NCBI RefSeq assembly: GCF_009914755.1
Contig: NC_060934.1
Length of the DNA: 64,000 nucleotides
Source of the DNA: the human T2T-CHM13v2.0 reference genome, Homo sapiens
Reading direction: 5' to 3' (one strand)
The first letter of the stretch is position 1. The number at the start of each line of letters is the position of its first letter. Both the position numbers and the translations under genes were made by a program. Shown piece after piece: positions 40,480-55,215 of the stretch. A model generated the notes under the pieces. That model made no database searches and had not been told where the DNA came from. It saw only the letters and a program-made list of their open reading frames with translations.

Positions 40480-41239
40480 ATCTCTGGACTTTTTAATTGT
40501 GCCTGCAGTTTATGTTGAGTTTTCTATTTCTTACAACGTGCTTCCTATAGAGGCCATATCCTCTGCATGGGCTCCTCTCCTGTGCAGTCCTAATCAGAGC
40601 CTGGGGAAGGGCAATTTCAAATAGAAAATAAAACTCTTGCTAAAAGGAAGTCAAAAGACTAGTTCAATGAATATCCACAGATGGAGTTTACCCAATAGTC
40701 TTAGCTCAACTTACCCTGGTGTTCAAGGACTCAAGTTGGAGGTCATGCAGATTGGCTTATCTAGATATTGGGCTTCCCTAAGTAGTTTGCAGTATAATAT
40801 CCATGAGGAAAGTGGCATGTATTATATGGTATAATTATATAATTCTGTAATCCTAGAGTCCTGAATACATGTTTTGCATCTTATAGGTAATTTGAAAATG
40901 AGAGTTGAACTCATGTAAACTCGACTCCTGTTGCTGCTGTTGGCATATTTTCTAGGTGTTGGGGAGAAAGGACACTCCCCATGACACGGTCAAGTTTGGT
41001 GATATAAAGTCAAATCCCTTGGGTAGACTTCTCTCTTGTTAAATCACCAGCAGAGCACAGGGTCTGACCCAGAGCAGGCACTCTAATATTTGTTGAATAA
41101 ATTCGCTTTGAATTTGGAACCACAAAACTCAAGTGGTGACTTAATTTCACACAATTCTAGTTTTCCATTCTTCAAAATCCTTTTTTATACTTTCACTTTC
41201 CTCTCTCTTAATGTACCTCTCTTACAAACTAATTCTGTG

Positions 41240-41560
41240 CTGTAGAATGGTGATTTCGGAGGCTGTGGGGGGAGTGGGAAGGTGATGGGTACAAAATCTC
41301 AGCTAGACAGGAGGAATAAGGGTGTTTTCTGAGATCTATTGCACTGAGTGGTAAATATAGTTAACAATAGTGTATTGTACATTTCAAAATTGTTAAGACA
41401 GTAAATTTCAAATGTTCTCACCACAAAACGCGATAAGTATTTGAGGTGATAGAAATGTTAATTAGCTTGATTTAATTCTTCCGTATGGCATTCGTGAATC
41501 ATAACATCATTTTGTTCTCCATAAATATGTACAGTTATAAATTGTTAATTTACAATTAGA
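41240..41560 (+). mobile_element. L1MA/MB 3' end
   Basis: GGGTACAAAATCTCAGCTAGACAGGAGGAATAAG...GTTAATTAGCTTGATTTAAT. Confidence 0.85.
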
Positions 41561-41674
41561 AAAACCCCCAAACAAACAAATTCTCAGCCAATAACTTGGG
41601 GTGAAAAATGACCAAGGAAAGAGTGGGCCTCCTTTGTATTTCTACCAGCAAATTCTTAGACCTCCCTCCAACTG

Positions 41675-42655
<981 letters not shown>

Positions 42656-42669
42656 CCTCTCCTGTCTTT

Positions 42670-44830
42670 TTAATGGTGCCACTCAATTGCTCCAGCAAAG
42701 AACCTGAGTGTCATTCTTGTTTCATTCTTTTACTTACACCCCACATCAGGTCCATCCTCTAGCTTTGTAGCTCTACATCCAAAATCTCAAATCTGGCCAC
42801 TTGACTCCATATGCACTCTGCACTGTCACTAACCCTTTGTTTCTAACATGGAACAGCTTGTTCTTCTGTTTCTATCTTGTTTCCCCACCTGTGAAAAATA
42901 TCTATTCTTCATAAAACAAATAAATGATCTTCATAAATGATCTTTAAAAAGGTAAGACAACTTATGAAAATTCCCTGCTTAAAACTTTTCAATACCTTCC
43001 AATAACTTTTTTATTGTACCAAAATATATATAAGATAACATTTACCATTTTTAATAACACATTTTTTTGAGACAGGGTCTTGCTATGTTGCCCAAGGCTG
43101 GATTTGAACTCATGCACTCAAGCAATCCTCCTACCTCAGCCTCCTAAATAGCTGGGACTACAGACTTGTGCCACCATGCCTTGCTTAAAATATCGAATTT
43201 TTAAGTGTGTAATTCAGTGGCATTAAGGACATTCACGTTTTTGTGCAACCATTAACACCATCCATCTCCAGAACTTTCTTGTCCTACCAAACTGAAACTC
43301 TATACCCAATAAACAACTTCTAATTTTCCCCTTTCCATAGCCCCTGGCAGCCACCATTCTACTTTCTGTCTCTATAAATTTGCCTATTCTAGGTAACTAA
43401 AATAAGTAGATATATACTGTTGTCCTTTTGTATTTGCTTTGTTACACTTAGCATAATGTTTCTAGGTTCATCCATGTGGTAGCATGTGTCAAAATTTCAT
43501 TCTTTTTAAGGTTGAGTAATTTTCCATTGTACATGTATACCGCATTTTGTTTATCCATTTATCTGCTGATGGACATTTGGGTTGTTTCCACCCCTTGGCT
43601 CTGGTGAGTAACGCTGCTGGAACACTGGTGTACAAGTATCTGTTTGAGCCCTTGCTTTCAGTTCTTTTTGGTGCCTACCAGGAAGTGAAATGCTAGATCA
43701 AGCCCATGTTTAATTTTTTGAAGAACCACCATACATTTGTCCACAGTGGCCGTACCACTTTTTTATTCCTGCCCATCAATGGCACAAGGGCTCCGATTTC
43801 TCCACATCCTCACCAACACTTGTTATTTTCTGTTTGTTTTGAAATAGTAGCCATGCTAATGGATGAAGTGATATCTCATTGTGGTCTTCATTTGCATTTC
43901 CGTAGTGATTAGTGATGTTGAGGACCTTTTCTTGTGCTTATTGGCCATTTGTATGTCTTCTTTGGGGAAATATTTATTCAAGTCCTTTGCCTATTTACGA
44001 ATTGGACTTTTTTTCTTGTTGAGTTTTAGGAGTTCTTTCCATATTGTGGATATAAGCTGCTTATCAGATATATGATTCACAAATATTTTCTCCTATTCTG
44101 TGGGTTGTGTTTTTACTCTGTTGATAGTGTATGGTTGATGCATAAAACCTTCAAATTTTGATGAAGTTCAATTTATCTACTTTTTCTTCTGGTGCCAGTG
44201 CTTTTGGTGTCATAGCCAAGAAACCACTGCCAAATCTAATGTCATGAAGCTTTACCCCATTGTTTTCTTCTAAGAGTTTTATAGTTTTGGTTGCTACATT
44301 TAGGTCTTTGACCCATTTTGAGATAACTTTTGTATGTGGTGTTTCAATAATTTTAAAAATAAAATCCAAACACAATCTAGCATATCTTACAACTTTATCT
44401 CAGTACTCCAACCTCCTCACACTACCGCATGACATTGTTAGAGTCCCCTTTCTGTATTATTAACACGTTAAGCTTTTGTCCGTATCTGAACTTCTGTATT
44501 TGTTCCCTCTGTGTAGGTCACTCTGCATGGTTCATGCTGAAACATCATGTTCTTACAGAGGCCTTAACTGGCTACTCTCTCTTTTCTAGCTTCCCCTTCT
44601 ATTCCCCTTCCCTCCCTTTTCAGGTTATTCTTCTTATTCCATCCCACTTATTTCTTGATAACACTTAGAAAGTCTGCAAGTGCCATGTGTATTTGTTTGC
44701 TTGTTTCTGGTCCATCTCCCTTTCTATAAGTGAGGAAATGTGTCTGCCTGGATCTCTGCTGTATCCCCTGCCTCTAGACACTAACCAGCACAAGCAAGTC
44801 CTCAATACAATTTTGATAAATGAATGACTG
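42670..44830 (+). mobile_element. L2 remnant split by an L1 (pieces ~42670-43005 and ~44350-44830)
   Basis: CCCTGCTTAAAACTTTTCAAT...AATAAAATCCAAAC...CTCAATACAATTTTGATAAATGAATG. Confidence 0.6.
43005..44345 (-). mobile_element. L1MB-type 3' portion with a nested Alu monomer (43062-43185)
   Basis: CCCCTGGCAGCCACCATTCTACTTTCTGTCTCTAT 3'UTR; ORF2 frame 44151-44375 (SKWVKDLNV...TIKLLEEN...TPKA). Confidence 0.9.
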
Positions 44831-45854
44831 CATACAAGAATGAGTTCATTTAATGCATGGAAGTTAGTTCATGAAAGGCCTTAGGCAAGAATTCTCAATT
44901 TTATTTTATTTGTTTAAATACATGCATTCTATTTAATCTCAGAACTGTAGAAAAGCATCCCAAGTCTTCCATTTAAGGTGGTTTAAGTCTATCAGCCAGG
45001 AAAGTTATGGATCGCAAAGACTGCTTATTTTCCTTTATGCTTGTTTGAGATACTGTGGATAAGTGTATTAAAGTCTAAATGGTGCTGTGTTTGGATTTGA
45101 TCGACTTTCCTTTCTGTCCGCCATTTGACACATGCTGCTTTGTTGATCTACTCTGAGAACTGAAGTGTGGTAAACTTTTTGAAGGCCTGAATTAACAGGC
45201 CTTTCTACAATGGGGGAAGAAAGATGTTGGGGGGAGGTGGAGGTGAGGATGATGACGGTGATGGTGGATATTTCAGAGAAAGGCCTGATGGGGCTAATCT
45301 GTCTATAAACAATATTCTATGACAATGGCCTTTTGATGATTGTTGATAATTACTATACTGAAAGAGAAAATGTATACACAGACTCCTACTGGGGTGAAGG
45401 AAGTGATACTTCTCTAAGCGGTTCATAAAATTACTCAGTCATGATAAATGTTGCATTGGGAAAGATGTTTTATTAGGTAATAATCATGTTCTCTGGTGTG
45501 ATCTTATTCTGGCAGATAATTGCTGCTCCCAAATGAGATAAAGAGTGGTCCTTCATTTCTATCAGGCTGAACAGCAGAATACTACGGGTATAGGGAATAG
45601 GATTGTCCAGAGTCTGATGTTTACGTTCCTTGGCCAGCTTTCAGGAGAACCTGCATAGAGATTGTCTCTACTTTGTGGGAATCCTTCCAAAATGCGCACA
45701 GAGCTGTGGCTTCCTCTTGCTGTGGCTACAGCACAAATGAGCTAGAGTGGTTAACCGGGTTGGTGGGGAATTTGTCTAATTTTTTTAAGAGCATCTGTTT
45801 GAGGTGATTGAAATGTAAACAAGATATATCTTGCTGTTTAAACCATACTGGAGT

Positions 45855-45942
45855 TATTTATTTATTTATTTAATGAGACAAAGTCTTACTCTGTTGCCCA
45901 GGCTAGAGTGCAGTGGCGTGATCATGGTTCACTGCAGCCTTG
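45855..45942 (-). mobile_element. Alu fragment
   Basis: GAGACAAAGTCTTACTCTGTTGCCCAGGCTAGAGTGCAGTGG. Confidence 0.85.
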
Positions 45943-46040
45943 AGGGAGCTTGTCTTTGATCTGATGCCCACAGAAGATTCAACCTTGGATGGACTTTACT
46001 CCCTCCTCTGAATTCTCCTAGCACTCTTGTTTCATCTCTA

Positions 46041-46043
<3 letters not shown>

Positions 46044-46098
<55 letters not shown>
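46044..46098. repeat. (TA)n microsatellite
   Basis: ~27 uninterrupted TA units. Confidence 0.95.
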
Positions 46099-46101
<3 letters not shown>

Positions 46102-46494
46102 ATCTGTGTGTGTATCTATCTATATATATATAGACACACACACATATATATTTCTTATGAGGAACTGGCTTATATAATTATGGAGGCCGAGAAGTCCCAT
46201 GATCTACCATCCACAAGCTGTAGACCCAGGAAAGCCAATTGTGCAATCAGTTCAAGTCAAAAGGCCTGAGAACCAGGAGAACTGATGGTGGGTATTTCAG
46301 TCTAAGGGCAATAGAAGATGGGATGAAACATTTCAGCTCCAACAGTGAGACAGAAAAAAAAGCAGGGGAAAGGAGGCAAATTCCTCCTTCTTCCACTTTT
46401 TCTTCCATTCAAGCCCTCAAAGATTGGATAGTGCCCACCCATATTAGGGAGGGTGATGTACATTATTAAGCCCATGGATTTAAATGTTTTATTT

Positions 46495-47452
46495 TGCTTT
46501 TTTTAGACAAGGTCTTGCTCTATCGTCGAGGCTGCAGTGCAGTGACATGACCATGGCTCACTGCAACCTCAACCTCTCAGGCTCCGGTGATCCTCCCTCT
46601 TCAGCCTCCCAAGTAGCTGAGACTACAGTTGTGAGCCACCACATCCAGCTGATTTTTTTAAAATCATTTTTTGTTGAGATGGAGATCTTTATATATACAT
46701 ACATATATATATATATATATATTTTTTTTTTTTAATTATACTTTAAGTTCTAGGGTACATGTGCACAACGTGCAGGTTCGTTACATATGTATATATGTGC
46801 CATGTTGGTGTGCTGCACCCATTAACTCATCATTACATTAGGGATGGGATATCTCCTAATGCTATCCCTCCCCGCACCCCACAACAGGCCCCGGTGTGTG
46901 ATGTTCCCCTTCCTGTGTCCACGTGTTCTCATTGTTCAATTCCCACCTATGAGTGAGAACATGCAGTGTTTAGCTTTTTGTCCTTGCGATAGTTTGCTGA
47001 GAATGATGGTTCCCAACTTCATCCATGTCCCTACAAAGGACATGAACTCATCCTTTTTTGTGGCTGCAGAGTATTCCATGGTGTATATGTGCCACATTTT
47101 CTTAATCCAGTCTATCATCATTGGACATTTGGGTTGGTTCCAAGTCTTTGCTGTTGTGAGTAGTGCCGCAATAAACATACGTGTGCATGTGTCTTTATAG
47201 CAGCATGATTTATAATCCTTTGGGTATATACCCAGTAATGGGATGACTGGGTCAAATGGTATTTCTAGTTCTAGGTCCCTGAGGAATCGCCACACTGTCT
47301 TCCACAATGGTTGAACTAGTTTACAGTCCCACCAGCAGTGTAAAAGTGTTCCTATTTCTGAGATGGAGATCTTAATATCTTGTCTAGGCTGGTCTTGAAC
47401 TCTTGGGCTCAAGTTATCCTTTCACCTTGACCTCTCAAAGTGCTGGGATTAA
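46495..47452 (-). mobile_element. AluJ split by L1PA (46495-46689 and 47359-47452)
   Basis: Alu resumes after the duplicated TGAGATGGAGATCTT. Confidence 0.88.
46690..47358 (-). mobile_element. Young 5'-truncated L1PA (~PA3-5)
   Basis: TTATACTTTAAGTTCTAGGGTACATGTGCACAACGTGCAGG; ORF2 C-terminus LLHCWWDCKLVQPLWKTVWRFL; perfect 15-bp TSD (46675-89 / 47359-73). Confidence 0.95.
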
Positions 47453-47659
47453 CGTGGATCTCATCTGGAAACACTTTCACAGACACATCCAGAAGGAATG
47501 TTTAATTTGTGGCCCAGTCAAGTTGATATATAAAATTAACCATCACACTTACGCATTCACCTACTTAACAAGCTCTTGAAGGGCAATATCTTGCCTGATT
47601 TATCATTGCATCCTACATATCCTACAGTACCAAGGATTCTATACACAAAAATTAATAGT

Positions 47660-47890
47660 AATAATAACAATAATTAACATTTATTGATCCCATACACTGT
47701 GGCCATGTGCCAAGCTTTGTGATTTATTTGTATTAACTTGATTCTCCCAACAACCTCTTGAGATATGTACTATTAAAAGTCCTATTATCTGATGGGGAAA
47801 CAGAGCTGCTCATTAACTGGTCAATGGTCACACAGTAAATATTTGACCAGGCCACTGACTCTAGAAACTGTGATCTTAACCTCTACACTA
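47660..47890 (-). mobile_element. MIR
   Basis: AATTAACATTTATTGA...GATGGGGAAACAGAG...GGTCACACAG. Confidence 0.7.
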
Positions 47891-48064
47891 TATTCACAGA
47901 TGGTGGATAAATGTATGCAGCATGTTTGGTATCTATACTCTTGGGTGATGAAGGTTATTTGACTCCAAACCACAACAAGCCTGGAGGATTCATATTGGTT
48001 TCTACCAGTTTTAAGCACTATTTTATATGGAAAATTTCCAGATTATCAAATTAGGATGAACCTT

Positions 48065-48890
48065 GATGTTCATTCATTCATTCAAATATGAATATTCAAA
48101 TATTAATGGATCCTTTCAACAAATATTTATTGAACAAAAAAATATGTGCCAGGCACTGGCTAGGCACGAGGATACAATAGTGAACAAAACAACTATGGTC
48201 TGGGCTCTGGTATAGTTTACTTTCAAGTGGGAATGACAGACATTGAAAAAATAATTATGCTAATGAACATGTGAATTACTGCAAACTGAGGGGTTCTGAA
48301 GAAACAGGAAGCTAGTCTGAGACAGCACATAGTGGAGGAATCAGGTCAGGGCCAGATATCAGGGAAGACTTCCATGAAGAAGGTATCCTTCAACTGTCTT
48401 CTGAAAAATGATTAGAGCTTTACCAGGTGATATGGTTTGGCTGTGTCCCCATTCAAATCTCATCTTGAATTGTAGCTCCCATAATCCCCATGTGTCATGG
48501 GAGGGACCCGGTGGGAGGTAATTGACTCATGGGTGCAGGTTTTCCTGTGCTGTTCTCATGATAGTGAATAAGTCTTAAAAAATTTGATGATTTTATAAAG
48601 GGGAGCTCTCCTGCACATGCTCTCTTGCCTGCCACCATGTAAGATGTGACTTTGCTCCTCTTTCACCTTTTGCCATGATTGTGAGGCCTCCCCAGCCATG
48701 TGGAACTGTGAGTCCATTAAACTTCTTTCCTTTATAAATTACCCAGTCTCAGGAATATCTTTATTAGCAGCAAGAGAACAGATGAATACACTAGGGGTGG
48801 AGGATGAGATGGGTGGGAGAGCAGTCTAGGTAGCTAGGCAGAGGAATAGCATGTGCCAAGTCCTGGACCAACAGGGACTTTGGCAAATCA
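48065..48890 (-). mobile_element. L2 fragment split by THE1
   Basis: (TTCA)n; AACAAATATTTATTGA...TATGTGCCAGGCACTG...GGCAGAGGAATAGCATGTGCCAAG. Confidence 0.8.
48428..48790 (+). mobile_element. THE1 (B-D) MaLR solo LTR
   Basis: TGATATGGTTTGGCTGTGTCCCC...GAACAGATGAATACA; TSD-like CCAGG/CTAGG. Confidence 0.93.
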
Positions 48891-48947
48891 AGATCTATAT
48901 CAGAACCTTGGCCATAGTGGTGAGCTCAGTTTAAAGCAAAACAAAGA

Positions 48948-49213
48948 TCATATATATATTATATATATATAATATATAATATATATAACATATATAATAT
49001 ATAATATATATAACATATATAATATATAGTATATAATATCTATAATACATATTGTATATAATATATATTATATATAGTATATAATATATATATTATATAT
49101 AGTATATAATATATATATTATATATATAAAAGATATATATATAACATATATATCTTTTATATATATAGCTGTCTATGTACATATAGGTATGTGTAATTGC
49201 ACATTGTGTATTT

Positions 49214-49244
<31 letters not shown>

Positions 49245-49252
49245 TATATATA
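48948..49252. repeat. TA-rich low-complexity tract and (CA)n
   Basis: Direct reading. Confidence 0.92.
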
Positions 49253-49266
49253 AAGCCATCTCACTG

Positions 49267-49585
49267 TTTGTTGTTGTTGTTGCTTGTTTGTTTGTTTTTG
49301 AGACAGGGTCTGGCTTTGTCACCCAGCCTGGAGTGTAGTGGTGTGATCATAGCTCACTGAAGCCTTGAAATCTTGGGCTCAAGCAATCCTGCCACCTCAG
49401 TCTCCCAAGTAGCCAGGACTACAGGCACATGCCACCATGGCTAATTTTTTATTTTATTTTATTTTCGTAGAGATGGAGGTCTTGCTTTGTTGCCCAGGCT
49501 GCTCTTGAGCTCCTGGCTTCAAGTGATCCTCCCATTTCAGCCTCCCAAAGTGCTGGGATTACAGGCATGAGCCACCTTGCCCAGA
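49267..49585 (-). mobile_element. AluJ-type
   Basis: Full antisense dimer; TCTCACT flanks. Confidence 0.92.
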
Positions 49586-49851
49586 CCTTTCTCACTTTTT
49601 ATTATGCATGTGTAATATGACAAAAATTGAAATCTATGTGTAATACTGTTCTATAAATTTTTTTAGATTTAAATATAATATGAATATTCTTCATGCTTAT
49701 ATTTCTTATAATCTTTAATACCGTATTTTATTATATGCCTCATAATTTATTTAATAAATCCTTTAATATTGCATATTTATTTTTTTTCTAATTTTTTCAC
49801 GATTATAAGTAACACCTCAATAAATATCTTTATATAAAACTATTTTGCATG

Positions 49852-50162
49852 TTTTTTTTTTGAGACAGAGTCTCATTCTGTTGCTCAGGCTGGAGTGCAG
49901 TGGTGCAATTTCGGCTCATTGCACCCTCTGCCTCCTGGGTTCAGCCTCCCAAGTAACTGGGACTCTTGCTTCAGCCTCCCGAGTAACTGGGACTACAGAC
50001 ATGCACAACTATGCCTGACTAATTTTTTTTTTTTTTTTTGTATATTTAGTAGAGACAGGGTTACGCCATGTTGGACAGGCTGGTCTCAAACTCCTTACCT
50101 CAAGTGATATGCCTCGACCTCCCAAAGTGCTGAGATTATAGGCATGATCCACCACATCCTGC
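49852..50162 (-). mobile_element. Alu with an internal 25-bp duplication, inside a decayed L1M remnant
   Basis: TTTTGCAT flanks; duplicated TTCAGCCTCCC(A/G)AGTAACTGGGACT. Confidence 0.9.
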
Positions 50163-51355
50163 TGATTTTTGCATATTTTTGATTGCTTTCTTTATATAAA
50201 CTTTTGTAAGCTTTTGATAGATATTGCCTAATCTTGTCCCTATTTGTAATCTTACATTTGTATATGATTACCTATTTTACTCCTTCCCCACAAACCTTGT
50301 ATTTTTTCTTTATGATTTTAAGTCTTCACTAATACAAAACGCAAAAATGCTTTGTTTTGCTCTCTTAATGATACACGAGATTCTCCTGCCCCTTTGAAGG
50401 AAGTGATCCCATCCTTATGTAATTGTTTCCTGGATGTCGTTCCATTGCCCCCCTAAGGTTCTCCTGTTCAACCCAGACTCTGAAACATCTCTCGGTCCCG
50501 AGCAGAGATGGGGAGCGTGGGAGCCCCACACAGCCAGGCCCCTTGCTGTCCCATCCCATGCACCCTACACTGTGCCTGCCTGGCTTGGCTTGGCTGGAAT
50601 ACTGCTGGTTCTTTGTAGTAGCCTGCATATTCTCTACCTCTCTTGACAATTTTCTTCTCATGTTTACTTTCCAAATACATACCCAGAGAGTTCCTAGCTG
50701 CAATTTTTCTGAATCTTTCTTTTCTTTAATTTTCACATTGCTCGTAGTCTCCAGGGTCATCCATTAATTATGTGCTTCCCCTAGCGTCCCCCACCTCCAT
50801 CTCTCTCTCTCCCTCATTCTGCTCCTGTCGGTCAGAGTGTGAGCAATGGCTCACGTCATCCCTGGTTCCTCACGCCATCCCTGGCCTCTGATGCATCACT
50901 TCAACGACTGCTGACACCTACACAGCTCTCCTAAAATCCCTCCATTAGTCATTCCTTTGGTCAGGGCTCTTAAGGTCCTTTTAAAATTCACGCATGCTCT
51001 GTGGGAAGTGGCATATCTAGCCAATTCTCAGCTATTATGTTTGTCTAATCAGCTAGGTTCAGTGAACAGGGCTGTGAAGCATTTTTTAATAAAGGAGTTG
51101 AGAAAATATGAGGCAATACCTTAAAAGATGTTTCAGCAAGGACTAAGCAGCCCTGAAGGGGTTCCAAAAGGAAGTAGGAGATGCTGACAGAAAAGGAGAG
51201 TGACTTCCAGAACCAACTGGGTGGGAAGAATAGGAACGATCATTCTGGGACTGTCCTTCACGTCTTCAGATTGACTTATTTTGGCAAGGGGGAGTTCTAG
51301 GCAACTATGTAACATATTGCCCAAAGCAGAACACTTTTGAGAATGAAAAATGGGG

Positions 51356-52096
<741 letters not shown>

Positions 52097-52204
52097 TGGA
52101 GGAACTCTTAAAAATTATACAGGATCAACAGGTGTAAATAAGGGATTTACACCTGTCTTGGGATCCCCCTACTTACAGGAAGTACTCATGAGGAATCTCT
52201 CTGA

Positions 52205-52499
<295 letters not shown>

Positions 52500-52689
52500 T
52501 CTCTCTGGAAGGTTTAATAAAGAATTGAGCATTTTCCCCTATAGAGGCAAATAGAAAGTCTGCTTCCATCTATCAGGTCCACATGCAGTCATAAGACAAT
52601 TGTTCATATGAAATTTTTAAATGTCTTGATTCCTATTTAGGTATTATTGGTTCAAAGTAAAAGGTGAAATATAAAAACAGACTCCAAAT

Positions 52690-53180
52690 GGAGAGATAGG
52701 TTAGGGCCAGGTTGTGAAGGGCTTTGAATGCCATATTGAGGGGTCTCCACTTAATCCTGTCTGTAAAAAGAAACTGCCAGAGGGGGATGGATGCAAAATG
52801 ACCTGTGGCTTATGCATACCACCCTGGAGATGGTGTTGAGAATGGGTGAATGTAACAAACACATTGGTAGTGGTGACGCTTTTGGTGGAAAGTCCATCGT
52901 GACCGTGGTCCAGGTGACAGTGCTGGGAAGTTGAGTGAGAGCAGCAGCAGAGGTCACGGGGAGAAGTCACCGTATTTAAAACACAGTGTGGAGCTAGAAT
53001 CAATAACACTCAGTGAATTACTGTATATGGAGAATGAAGAAGAAGAAGGAATCAAAGATGGACTCAGGGTTCTCAAAATATTGACTAGGTGAAGGGCAAT
53101 GCTATTATTCCCGATCAGGGACACGGGTAGACGAATGAGATTAAGGACATGGTAACTTCTATGTTTTAAATAAAGTTTAA
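52690..53180 (-). mobile_element. L2 fragment
   Basis: GGCCAGGTTGTGAAGGGCTTTGAATGCCA...GGAATCAAAGATG. Confidence 0.65.
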
Positions 53181-53188
53181 AGACTGTA

Positions 53189-53385
53189 GCTGGGTGTGGC
53201 GGCTCATGCCTGTAATCTCAGCACTTTGGGAGATTGAGACAGAAAGCTTGCTTGAATTCAGGAGTTCAAGACCAGCCTGGACAATATAGGGAGACCTCGT
53301 CTCTATTTTAACAATGACAGAAAACAAAAACAAAAACGAAAAGAAAGAAAGAAAGAAAAAGAAATGAAAAGAAAAAATAAAGAAT
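53189..53385 (+). mobile_element. Alu left monomer/FLAM with (GAAA)n tail
   Basis: GCTGGGTGTGGCGGCTCATGCCTGTAATC. Confidence 0.85.
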
Positions 53386-53489
53386 GTATATGATACGCCA
53401 GGGTTTTGCTGGCATTTTATTTGTTACCTCAATCTTAACAGTTTTCTGAAGTAGGCCTTGTCATTACCTCCATTTAAAAAAAATCTTAA

Positions 53490-54030
53490 AACATTTTAAA
53501 TTGACAAATAATAATTGTACATATTGATGGGGTACATAGTAATTCTTTGTGTTGGGAGCATTCAACAGCCTCCTTCTAGCTATTTGAAACTGCATAATAT
53601 TTTACTGTTAACCATAGTCATCCTACAATGGAATAGAACACTAGAACTTATTCCTCCTTTCTAGTGGTAATCTTGTATCCTTTGATAAATCTCTCCCTAT
53701 CCCTTTCTTTCCCCTACCCTTCCACGCCTCTGGTATTCTTTTCTTACTTCTATGAGATCAACTTTTTTTAGCTTCCACTATGAGTGAGTACATGCAGTAT
53801 TTAACTTTCTGCTCCTGCCTTATTTCACTTAACATAATGTCCTCCAGTTTTATCCAAACTGTAGCAACTGACAGGACCTCATTCTTTTTTATGGCCGAGT
53901 AGTATTCCATTGTGTATACACCACATTTCCTTTATTGTATCATTTGTTGTTGGACACCTGAGTTGATTCTATATCTTGGCTGTTGTGACTACTACTGCAA
54001 TAAACATGGGGGTGTAGATGTCTTGTTGAC
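53490..54030 (-). mobile_element. L1MA 3' end, inserted in a MIR remnant
   Basis: TTGACAAATAATAATTGTACATATTGATGGGGTACATAG...GCAATAAACATGGGGGTGTAGATG. Confidence 0.88.
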
Positions 54031-54264
54031 ATAAGGAAAGCATAGAGAGGTTGTGTGCTTCACTCTGGCCACCCAGCTAATAGATGGTAAAGATGGAACA
54101 TGAAGCCAGCAAGGGCTCCCACTTTTTATCATTGTGCCTTTCACTCAGAGATGAATTTTAAAAGTGTGAGGTGGCGGCAACTCTGGAGCTATCTGATTAT
54201 TGGTATACATTTGACAGAGGCAAAGCTTGTTCCTTTTCTGATTTTTAAAAATAATTTTCTCTAT

Positions 54265-54595
<331 letters not shown>

Positions 54596-55009
54596 TAGGT
54601 GCGAGTATCTCTTAAGGCTTGATACAGAGCCCCACGCTCTTCTCTTCCTAGGTTGTATCTACATTCACGGCTGCAACCATCACTCCATCCACGGGATGAC
54701 TCCAGAGCATTTATCTCTGTCCTTGACAATTTCTCTAAATGCGTGTGACACATCTTCAGCTGCCTGCGAAACAGTCCCGGTTGCAAGGCCACTGCCATTA
54801 AAATACTCAAGCCCTTATGAAGGATCTGTAGTAGCCAGCTGTGTTAATCTAGAAAAGACACCTCTTCAGAGCTTTGCTTTTCTATCTGTCAGAAAAGGTG
54901 GTTTAAAGTAGATCTACAGTCTAAGACTTTAGTCTCCAGTCTAAGGCCTGGAAGGACTAACTGTTGGCGGAACCTCCTTCCTTTGCCTAAAGTTCCTATA
55001 GCTGTAACT

Positions 55010-55190
55010 TGTGCTGCCCAATACAATTTAATTTAAATTTAATTAAAAGTATATATGATTAAAAATTCCCTCCCTCAGTCTCACTAGCCACTTTGAAATG
55101 CTCAATGGCCGCATGTGACCGGTGGCTACCACAACGGACAATGCTGATGGAGAACATATTCATTATTGCAGAATGTTTTATTGGATATTT
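55010..55190. mobile_element. MER3/MER33-like hAT-Charlie DNA transposon
   Basis: CACTAGCCACTTTGAAATGCTCAATGGCCGCATGTGACCGGTGGCTACC. Confidence 0.75.
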
Positions 55191-55215
55191 TTGTAATTTA
55201 AGCAACTATCAGGTC

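Larger units (their letters stand above)
46100..47547 (-). mobile_element. MLT2-type ERVL LTR split by AluJ/L1PA (pieces ~46100-46490 and ~47453-47547)
   Basis: GAGGAACTGGCTTAT...GGAGGCCGAGAAGTCCCATGATC; ends AAATTAACCATCACA. Confidence 0.82.

Noticed and set aside
46936-47412. 158-aa ORF with L1 ORF2 C-terminal motif
   Set aside because: 5'-truncated L1PA fused to Alu sequence; no promoter, RT or endonuclease domain.
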